DNA of 64,000 bases, taken from NCBI RefSeq assembly GCF_938030145.1, contig NZ_CALHGM010000033.1:36011-100010 (forward strand), given 5' to 3'. Positions 32,109 to 39,663 of the stretch are shown here, piece after piece. The stretch comes from an uncultured Campylobacter sp. GTDB taxonomy: Bacteria; Campylobacterota; Campylobacteria; Campylobacterales; Campylobacteraceae. The position numbers and the translations under genes were made by a program. Position 1 is the first letter of the stretch, and each line of letters starts with the position of its first letter. The notes beneath the pieces are model-generated. The model was not told the DNA's origin, did no database searches, and saw only the letters and a program-made list of their open reading frames with translations.

Positions 32109-32966
32109 ATGAAATTTAAAGAGATAGACGAATCTCGTCGCGGCTTTTTAAAAGGAGCTTTGGCGACGGTGGCCATCGCCGGACCCGAATCGATGCTCGC
32201 TGGCTTCACGCCGTTTAAGCCCGATTCGCTACAAGTTTGGTCGTGCGGAGGTTTATCTGAGGCTTTTGCGCAGATAAATCAGGCGTACGAGTCCAAAACG
32301 GGACATAACATCCAGTACACAGGCGCCTTTGCGGGTGCGCTCGGAAAGTCGCTGCTAGCCTTGCAGGGCAAGACGGAGGTTTTCGGCGCCCGCGTTTTGG
32401 AGCTCTCTCAAAAACTACGCAAAGCAGGCCTTAGCCTTCGCTTTAGACCGCTATGTTTTACCGACTATGTTTTAGTAGTGCCAAAAGGCAATCCCGCGGG
32501 CATTCGCGATCTGAAGGATCTAGCGGAACCCGGCGTGCGGGTGATGCTGCCGCTAAGGGCTTCGCCTCCGGGCAGCGGACCGGTAAAGGGAATTTTGAAA
32601 AATTCCGGCCTCACAGGACCGGTTATGAAAAATATGGTAGCCAACGGAGCGTGCGTAATTACTATGATGTGCGATCTCGTAGACGGCAAGGGCGATGCGT
32701 CCATCATCGAAAAGCGCCTAACGAGGCACGATAGATTTAAAGACAGGATCGAATATATGCCTATCGACGAGAAACTCATCCCGCCCGGGCCGCTTACGTT
32801 TACGCTAAATATCATGAAATACGTAAAAGACGAGAAGCTTGCCGATGACTTTGCGGACTTCGTCTGCTCGGACGGGCAGGAAATTTTTGAGCGACACGGC
32901 TTTACCTCCATCCATTCGGCGCGTGGGCTTGAACTCATAGAAAGGTTTGGTGTAAAAGATGTTTAG
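32109..32966 (+). CDS. Tat-exported ModA-like solute-binding-fold protein, Cys-rich
   Basis: SRRGFLK Tat motif; VLVVPKGNPAGIRDLKDLAEPGVRV and GQEIFERHGF typical of the ModA/WtpA fold; 5 Cys. Confidence 0.8.
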   Translation: MKFKEIDESRRGFLKGALATVAIAGPESMLAGFTPFKPDSLQVWSCGGLSEAFAQINQAYESKTGHNIQYTGAFAGALGKSLLALQGKTEVFGARVLELSQKLRKAGLSLRFRPLCFTDYVLVVPKGNPAGIRDLKDLAEPGVRVMLPLRASPPGSGPVKGILKNSGLTGPVMKNMVANGACVITMMCDLVDGKGDASIIEKRLTRHDRFKDRIEYMPIDEKLIPPGPLTFTLNIMKYVKDEKLADDFADFVCSDGQEIFERHGFTSIHSARGLELIERFGVKDV

Positions 32967-33735
32967 TATCGTAAATATGGCAAAGATGAAAAAAGTCTCT
33001 AGGCTAACTAAAATTCGTCGTTTGGTGCAGCTGATTTTTATCGGCGCGATCGGACAATGGGCGTATTATGGAATTTTTAGATGCCCATTTATCGTGCCTT
33101 TCGTAAACTGCCAATCCTGTCCGATCGTTACGTGCTGGGGGCGGATCGCGACCGTGTTTTTCGGCTTTTGGCTATTTATCCCAGTGCTTGTTATTTTCCT
33201 CGGACGCGCGTTTTGCGGCTGGCTTTGCCCGGGCGGATTCGTAAATCAAATGCTCGGCAAATTTGCCGCTTTTAAGCTCAAGCTAAAAAATAACAGGAAG
33301 CTACGATATGCGCAGATAGGCATGGTTATAGCCGTTTTACTTAGCGCGGGCGTGTATTTTATCTACGGCAACCCCCGCGTCATGATCCCTATCCGCACCA
33401 GCGACGAGTACCTAAACGCCGTTATCATGTCCTTTAAATTTTCCGACTGGTACTGGGCGGTTCGCACTGCCGTCGTCGTGGCCCTCATCGCCGCGTCCTT
33501 GATCGTCGCAAATTTATGGTGCCGCTTCGCCTGTCCTAGCGGCGGCATAATGGAGCTGCTGCGTAAAATTTCAATATTTCGCGTTTATAAAACAGACGCC
33601 TGCGACAACTGCAACGCCTGTTTGCGCAAATGCGAAATGGGCACGAGACCGGACGAGATGAACTGCACGAACTGCGGCGATTGTATGGACGTTTGCCACG
33701 CGGACGCCATCAAATTCGGAAGGAAAAAAGATTGA
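32959..33735 (+). CDS. NapH/MauN-like membrane polyferredoxin
   Basis: RAFCGWLCP, WCRFACP, two CxxCxxCxxxC ferredoxin motifs, about 4 TM segments. Confidence 0.88.
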   Translation: MFSIVNMAKMKKVSRLTKIRRLVQLIFIGAIGQWAYYGIFRCPFIVPFVNCQSCPIVTCWGRIATVFFGFWLFIPVLVIFLGRAFCGWLCPGGFVNQMLGKFAAFKLKLKNNRKLRYAQIGMVIAVLLSAGVYFIYGNPRVMIPIRTSDEYLNAVIMSFKFSDWYWAVRTAVVVALIAASLIVANLWCRFACPSGGIMELLRKISIFRVYKTDACDNCNACLRKCEMGTRPDEMNCTNCGDCMDVCHADAIKFGRKKD

Positions 33736-34562
33736 TGAATTTTTTCGCCAAACCCTCCTTCGATAATCACCCCTGCTTTAGCAAAAAAGCGTCCGCCGTC
33801 TGCGGGCGCGTGCACCTTCCCGTAGCGCCGCATTGCAATATCCAATGCAATTTTTGCAACCGCATCTACGACTGCGCTAACGAAAATCGCCCCGGCGTAA
33901 CGGGGAGAGTGCAAAGCCCGGACGAGGCCGTGGAATACGTGGAAAATCTATTTAAATTTAGACAGGATATCTCGGTCATCGGTATCGCAGGGCCCGGAGA
34001 TCCTATGTGCGATGCCGACAAGACCCTAGCGACTTTTGAAAAATGCAAAGCCCGCTTCCCTCGCGCCCTACTTTGCCTATCCACAAACGGTCTGTCCCTG
34101 CCCGAACACGTGGATGATATCGTGCGAATCGGCGTGAGCCACGTGACGGTGACCGTTAATGCCGTAACGCCGGGCGTAGGCGGCAAAATTTATGCGTGGG
34201 TGCGCCACAAAAACAAAATTTACCACGGCGAAGAGGGCGCTAGAATTCTTGGGGAACGCCAAGAGGAAGGAATCCGCAAACTAAAAGAAGCCCGTATGAT
34301 CGTAAAGATCAATACGGTCGTAATCCCCGGCGTCAATATGGATCACGTCCCCCAAATCGCAAAAAAAGCCAAAGAGTGGCAGGCCGATATCATGAACTGC
34401 ATGGCGATGATCCCCGTGCATGACACCCCTTTTGCAAATATCAAATCGCCCTCGAATGAAGAAATTCGCAGCATGCGAAAGCTCATCGGCGGCTCAATGG
34501 CGCAGATGACTCACTGCAGCAGATGCCGCGCCGACGCATGCGGCAAGCTTTGCGAGAAATGA
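33735..34562 (+). CDS. nifB: NifB-type radical SAM protein (stand-alone, no NifX domain)
   Basis: HPC, CNIQCNFC, ENRPG, AGPGDP, TVTVN, CSRCRADACG; ATG 33735 overlaps the upstream TGA. Confidence 0.88.
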   Translation: MNFFAKPSFDNHPCFSKKASAVCGRVHLPVAPHCNIQCNFCNRIYDCANENRPGVTGRVQSPDEAVEYVENLFKFRQDISVIGIAGPGDPMCDADKTLATFEKCKARFPRALLCLSTNGLSLPEHVDDIVRIGVSHVTVTVNAVTPGVGGKIYAWVRHKNKIYHGEEGARILGERQEEGIRKLKEARMIVKINTVVIPGVNMDHVPQIAKKAKEWQADIMNCMAMIPVHDTPFANIKSPSNEEIRSMRKLIGGSMAQMTHCSRCRADACGKLCEK

Positions 34563-34586
34563 AGACCTGCTTTTAGCGGGTCTTTT
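34562..34586 (+). terminator. Rho-independent terminator after nifB-like gene
   Basis: AAGACCTGC-TTTTA-GCGGGTCTT followed by TT. Confidence 0.6.
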
Positions 34587-34765
34587 ATCCGGCGCAGGAT
34601 ACACGCTCTCATAGCGCACAAAATTTTATGTAGAGATTTAAATTTAAAATTTGTCTAAATTTAGAGCTAGTAGGCAACCGATAAGCGGCTTTTTAGCGGC
34701 GGCGGTTTTTTAAAATTTAAAAACGATTTTTCAATAATATTATTTTGCTTTTATTTAACTTTGGG

Positions 34766-34771
34766 TATAAT
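34766..34771 (+). promoter_or_regulatory. -10 box of flavocytochrome operon
   Basis: TATAAT with AT-rich upstream region; short palindrome ACCGT-ATA-ACGGT at 34798-34810 just before RBS AAGGAG. Confidence 0.5.
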
Positions 34772-34827
34772 TCTCCCAAAATTAGGCATCTGAAAAAACC
34801 GTATAACGGTAAAATAAAGGAGACATC

Positions 34828-36378
34828 ATGGAAAAAGTTTCAAGACGTGATCTGCTCAAAATGAGCCTAGTTGGCGCGGGTGCTTTAGCGCTCGGCTCCG
34901 TAAACGCAAATGCTGCGGTAAACGCTAAAGACGTCAAATTTGACGAAGAGTGGGACGTAGTTATCGTGGGCTCTGGCTTTGCAGGACTAGCAGCCGGTAT
35001 CACCGCAGCCGAAAAGGGCAACAAAGTCCTAATCCTAGAAAAAATGGGACGCGTCGGCGGTAACTCCGTAATTAACGGCGGAATATTTGCCGTTCCAAAC
35101 AGCGACAAACAAAAAGCCGAAGGTATCAAAGATAGCAACGAGCTATTTATCAAAGACTGCCTAAAAGCCGGTCGCGGACTAAACCACGTAGATCTCATCG
35201 ACACCATCGCTACTCGCGCTCAAGACGCATATAAACTAACTCTAAAATGCGGCGCTAAATACATCGACAAGGTTACTCACGCAGGCGGACACAGCGTACC
35301 TAGATCGCTTCAAACCGCTAACGGCTCGGGTTCCGGTATCGTTCAGCCGATGGTAGAATACTTTAAAAACCTACAAGGCTGCGAGCTAAGACAAAGAGCT
35401 AAATTTGACGAATTCGTCCTAGGCGAAGATGGCGGCGTAGACGGCGTGATCATCAGAGAGGATTATAAATTTGATCCAAAGAGCCAAAAAGACGATGCCG
35501 AAAACACTACTGGAACTAAAAAGACTATAAAAGCTAAAAAAGGCGTAGTGCTAGCTGCGGGCGGATTCTGCCGCGACGTATTCTTTAGACAGGTTCAAGA
35601 TCCGTCTATCTTGCCTACTACGGATAGCACAAACCACCCGGGCGCAACAGCAGGCGCTATGAAAGAGGCATTTAGGATCGGCGCAACTCCGGTGCAGCTA
35701 AGCTGGATACAATTCGGTCCATGGGCATGCCCTGATGAAAAAGGCTTTGGCGTTGGCTCTATGTTTAACGTAAACGGAAGCTTCCGCTACGGAATTTCAG
35801 TCGATCCAAGAACCGGCAAACGCTATATGAACGAGCTAGCAGACCGCCGCACCCGCTCTCAAGCTATGTTTAAAGTAATCGACGCAAAAGCAGATATCTA
35901 TCCTATCAACTTCTGCGACTCTGAGGGTGTAAAAAACATGGTCATACCTGAGCACTACACTAAACCGCTGGAATCTGGCGTACTAAAGAAATTTGAAACT
36001 CTAGACGAACTAGCTGCAGCTTATAAAATCCCTGCCGCAGAGCTAAAAAAGACCGTCGAGAGATATAACAGCTTCGTTAAATCAGGCAAAGACGAAGACT
36101 TTGGCAAACCAATGGATAAAACCACCACAAACGGCGTAGATATCTCTAAAGCGCCTTTCTACGCTATGCGCGGTACGCCAAAACTTCACCATACTATGGG
36201 CGGTATCGATATCAATACCAAAGCTCAGGTTATCTCTTTGCAAACCGAGATGCCAATCCCAAGATTATTTGCAGCAGGCGAGATCACAGGCGGCGTACAC
36301 GGAGCTAGCCGCTTAGGTAGCGTGGCGATAGCAGATTGTCTAACGTTTGGTATGATAGCCGGTGAGAATATAGGCTAA
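34828..36378 (+). CDS. fccA: Tat-exported flavocytochrome c flavin subunit (FccA-like)
   Basis: SRRDLLK Tat motif, GSGFAG FAD site, LHHTMGG, GVHGASRLGS. Confidence 0.85.
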   Translation: MEKVSRRDLLKMSLVGAGALALGSVNANAAVNAKDVKFDEEWDVVIVGSGFAGLAAGITAAEKGNKVLILEKMGRVGGNSVINGGIFAVPNSDKQKAEGIKDSNELFIKDCLKAGRGLNHVDLIDTIATRAQDAYKLTLKCGAKYIDKVTHAGGHSVPRSLQTANGSGSGIVQPMVEYFKNLQGCELRQRAKFDEFVLGEDGGVDGVIIREDYKFDPKSQKDDAENTTGTKKTIKAKKGVVLAAGGFCRDVFFRQVQDPSILPTTDSTNHPGATAGAMKEAFRIGATPVQLSWIQFGPWACPDEKGFGVGSMFNVNGSFRYGISVDPRTGKRYMNELADRRTRSQAMFKVIDAKADIYPINFCDSEGVKNMVIPEHYTKPLESGVLKKFETLDELAAAYKIPAAELKKTVERYNSFVKSGKDEDFGKPMDKTTTNGVDISKAPFYAMRGTPKLHHTMGGIDINTKAQVISLQTEMPIPRLFAAGEITGGVHGASRLGSVAIADCLTFGMIAGENIG

Positions 36379-36382
36379 TTTG

Positions 36383-36404
36383 AGGCGTCTTTCGGACGCT
36401 TTTT
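36383..36404 (+). terminator. Terminator-like hairpin after fccA
   Basis: AGGCGTCT-TTC-GGACGCTT followed by TTT. Confidence 0.55.
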
Positions 36405-36436
36405 GTGGAGCTTGCTAAAATTTTGCTTGGCAGACT

Positions 36437-36560
36437 AATTTTTGCTTCGCGTTGCTCGCAACTGCAAGCAGGAGTCTAGCCTGTGCAAAATTTTAGCCGC
36501 ACAACCCCAAAAATCGCCTCGAAATACTTGCAAATCTTATTTCGTATCGCAGGTCAAATT
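36437..36560 (+). repeat. Dispersed intergenic repeat, copy 1
   Basis: Aligns with 40971-41092 (GCTCGCAACTGCAAGCAG.AGTCTAGC, AAAAATCGCCTC.AAATACTTGCAAAT, TATCGCAGG). Confidence 0.85.
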
Positions 36561-36655
36561 TAAGACTAAATTCGAGAATTCGGCTTGCGATACTTTTAAA
36601 TTTAAAGCCGAATTTGCAGTTAAATTTGTAAATTTGACATCCGAAAGGAATTCGC

Positions 36656-37096
36656 ATGAAACATAAAGCGTTTCTCGCCTTGTGCGTATCTATGCTACTA
36701 TGCTCTTTTGCATTTAGCGCAGAAGCCTTAGGCGCAAAGATAACGTCTTTAGCCGATCTTAACGTCACCGACGAGCTGCGAGCCAAACACCCTTTAAAAC
36801 CTCACCACGAAAAGCTAAGCTTCACCTGTCTTGATTGTCACGAAGGACAAGGAAACGATGCTAGTAAATTTAAATCTATCGGCGATAAAGGCTGTATATC
36901 CTGTCACGGCGACAAGAAAAAGATAGCTAAAAGACTAGAATACATGGATCTGCTAAAAGCAAATCCCCACAACTCGGTTCACGACGGCCCTACGCTATAC
37001 TGCGACGAGTGCCACAACGAGCATAAAAAATCAACCAATATGTGCACGGAGTGCCACGAACACGAAGTTCCGCAATGGATGGGGGTAACGCCATGA
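36656..37096 (+). CDS. fccB: Tetraheme cytochrome c (FccB-like)
   Basis: Signal peptide; CLDCH, CISCH, CDECH, CTECH. Confidence 0.85.
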   Translation: MKHKAFLALCVSMLLCSFAFSAEALGAKITSLADLNVTDELRAKHPLKPHHEKLSFTCLDCHEGQGNDASKFKSIGDKGCISCHGDKKKIAKRLEYMDLLKANPHNSVHDGPTLYCDECHNEHKKSTNMCTECHEHEVPQWMGVTP

Positions 37097-37764
37097 AAAT
37101 TTCAAAGAAAGTACTAGCGCTTATTATATTAGTAAGCGGCATTATAGGGTTTTTAGTCGTACTGCCCGTGCATTACGCCCTAGAAGAAACTAGCGGAGAG
37201 AAGTTTTGCGTAGTATGCCACGAGATGGATCCTATGGTTATAGCTTATAGTAACGACGTACATAGCGGTAAAGGTAAAAGCGGAGTAAGGGCTAAATGCG
37301 TGGACTGCCACATACCTCATGATAACCTAGCCAAATACGTTTTAACTAAAGCTAAAAACGGACTCATGGAGGGATACGTTCATTTCTTTAAAGACCCGGA
37401 GGCTATAGACTGGCATAAAAATAGAGAGAAAAGAGAGCACTTCGTATTTGATAACGGTTGCGTTAGCTGCCATACGAATTTGGTAGATAATAAGCTAACC
37501 TCAGCCCAGGCTCAAAAGATGCACGCTCACTATCAAAGCTTGTTAAATACCGATAAGCAACTAACCTGCGCTAGCTGTCACGCCGAGGTAGGCCACAGCG
37601 GACTAAACAACATGCTAAACTACTGGAAGCCTGAATACAAAATCTACGAAAAGAAAGCCGCAATCAAAAAAGAAGAGATAAAGAAGGCTTATTTTGGGGA
37701 GGATTATGTGGGGCCAAAAGAGGTGAAGACTGAAGATAAAGAAGGCAATGCCACCAAAAAGTAG
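37093..37764 (+). CDS. fccC: NapC/NirT family quinol dehydrogenase (FccC-like)
   Basis: N-terminal TM; CVVCHEM, CVDCH, CVSCH, CASCH; ATG 37093 overlaps the fccB stop. Confidence 0.88.
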   Translation: MKISKKVLALIILVSGIIGFLVVLPVHYALEETSGEKFCVVCHEMDPMVIAYSNDVHSGKGKSGVRAKCVDCHIPHDNLAKYVLTKAKNGLMEGYVHFFKDPEAIDWHKNREKREHFVFDNGCVSCHTNLVDNKLTSAQAQKMHAHYQSLLNTDKQLTCASCHAEVGHSGLNNMLNYWKPEYKIYEKKAAIKKEEIKKAYFGEDYVGPKEVKTEDKEGNATKK

Positions 37765-37874
37765 GCTAAAATGAAGAAATTTTGCTCGTTAGCGACGACG
37801 TGGAGATGCAACTAAGTCTCAACGCCGCGCTTTAGCAAGAATTCGGCAAATTTTAAGCCAGCAAAATTCACACG

Positions 37875-37899
37875 ATAACGGGAGTCGGACTCCCGTTAT
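37875..37899. terminator. Perfect 11-bp hairpin downstream of fccC
   Basis: ATAACGGGAGT-CGG-ACTCCCGTTAT. Confidence 0.55.
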
Positions 37900-38127
37900 G
37901 ATCTTCATAGACAGACCATCTCTACGCTTTATAAGAAAATTTACTACGCCAAATACGACTACTTTATAATCAAACTTTTACCCAAAAAATTTTATCTCTC
38001 GTATTTAGAAGCTGCCGAATTTTATTCGGGAATAAATTTTAACCAAAGCTCGCATCTACTCAGCTCAAAACATAAAATTTAAAATAAGCCGTTTTCGATA
38101 TAATTTTCAAAAATTTCGGAGCGAGAA

Positions 38128-39249
38128 ATGGGTAGAAAAGAGCTTTTGAGCGGCATAAAACGTATCGTCGTAAAAATCGGTACTTCGACGCTTACCAATG
38201 CGGACGGTTCTCTAAATGAGCGGCTCATCAAAAGTCTAGTCGCGCAAATTTGCAAGCTAAAAGATGCGGGCTTTTGCGTGGCTTTGGTAAGCTCAGGCGC
38301 CGTGGGCGCGGGCATGGGGCTGCTAGGCATCGCGCAAAGACCTAAAATTTTAAGCCGCAAGCAGGCTCTAGCGGCGGTCGGACAGGTCGCGCTGATGCAT
38401 CTTTACGAGCGGCTGTTTTGGGCGCATGACCGCATTATCGCGCAGCTGCTGCTAAGCCGCGGCGATTTTAGCGACAGAGCGCGCTATCTTAGCGTGCGAA
38501 ACGTCTGCGCGGAGCTACTCTCGCGCGGCATCGTACCGATCATAAACGAAAACGACCCCGTCGTAGCAGATGAACTCAAAGTGGGCGACAACGACACGCT
38601 AAGTGCGCTAGTAGCGGGGCTAATCGATGCTGATCTGCTCGTGATTTTAAGCGATATCGACGGGCTGTACGACAAAAATCCGAACGAGCATGCGGACGTA
38701 AAACTTTTAAGCTTTATTGAAAAAATCGACGAGCACGTCGTCAAAATGGCAGGCGGCGAGGGCAGTAAATTCGGCACGGGCGGCATGGCGACCAAGATCG
38801 CGGCGGCGCAAATGGCAAATCAGATCGGCACTAGCCTGATCATCGCAAACGGGCGTACGGACGGAATTTTGCTTAAGATAGCGGCGGGCGACGAGGTCGG
38901 CACCCTCTTTAGCGCGGGCGCGGCGCGGCTTAGCTCGCGTAAATATTGGCTCGCATACGGCGCGATCAGCAAAGGTGCGGTGATTATCGACGCGGGGGCG
39001 GCAGAGGCGATAAAATCGGGCAAAAGCCTGCTTGCGGTCGGGATTGCCGAGGTGCGCGGCGAGTTTGAGCGTGGCGAGATCGTAAACGTCTACGCGACCG
39101 ACGGCAAGCTGCTGGCGCACGGCATTAGCAACTATTCAAGCTGCGAGCTTGAGCGCATAGCGGGCGCAAAAAGCGATGAGATAGAGCATGCTTTAGGCTA
39201 CAAAATCGACGATGACGCGATCCACGCGGATAATATTGCGCTGCAATGA
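38128..39249 (+). CDS. proB: Glutamate 5-kinase with PUA domain
   Basis: VVKIGTS, VSSGAV, INEND, GDNDTLSA, GTGGMATK, C-terminal PUA domain. Confidence 0.95.
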   Translation: MGRKELLSGIKRIVVKIGTSTLTNADGSLNERLIKSLVAQICKLKDAGFCVALVSSGAVGAGMGLLGIAQRPKILSRKQALAAVGQVALMHLYERLFWAHDRIIAQLLLSRGDFSDRARYLSVRNVCAELLSRGIVPIINENDPVVADELKVGDNDTLSALVAGLIDADLLVILSDIDGLYDKNPNEHADVKLLSFIEKIDEHVVKMAGGEGSKFGTGGMATKIAAAQMANQIGTSLIIANGRTDGILLKIAAGDEVGTLFSAGAARLSSRKYWLAYGAISKGAVIIDAGAAEAIKSGKSLLAVGIAEVRGEFERGEIVNVYATDGKLLAHGISNYSSCELERIAGAKSDEIEHALGYKIDDDAIHADNIALQ

Positions 39250-39297
39250 AATTTTAGCCGTGTTCTGTGCGTTTAAAATTTCAAACGGAAGGCGTAG

Positions 39298-39489
39298 ATG
39301 AAAAAGATTATATTTTTTTGCACTACTCTTGGCGGGCGCGGCGTGGACGGCGAAATTTGACGAACCGGACGCCGATAAAAACGGCGAGCTAGACGTTCTT
39401 GAGCTGCGCGGATATTAGCTAGTGTGGATTACGTAAAAGCGCATGCACGAATTAGAATGAGAAGGTTGGGCGTAATGCCTGGCGAGTAA
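39298..39489 (+). pseudogene. Frameshifted secreted EF-hand protein remnant
   Basis: Removing one T from T7 (39313-39319) gives MKKIIFFALLLAGAAWTAKFDEPDADKNGELDVLELRGY. Confidence 0.55.
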
Positions 39490-39663
39490 GCGAAATTTTG
39501 ACGCAAGAAAATCAGAAATAAAATGACCCAAAAGGCGCGCTAAATTTAAGCCGCTGCGCACGGATCAAATAATAACGCGCAGGAATTTTAGACGCGATAG
39601 AGGCGCTACTCGCGGTATTTTGATACAAAGCGTGCGATTTGATTTATAGATTAAGGAGCGAAA

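Noticed and set aside
32109..32966. Ordinary modABC molybdate transporter
   Set aside because: No permease or ATPase adjacent, Tat signal present and binding motifs altered.
33630..33734. 35-aa N-terminal extension of NifB in the ORF track
   Set aside because: Overlaps the ferredoxin motif of the upstream gene; ATG 33735 with AGGA RBS is the better start.
30157..34562. Nitrogen fixation cluster
   Set aside because: Only NifB is present; no nifH, nifDK or nifEN in the window.
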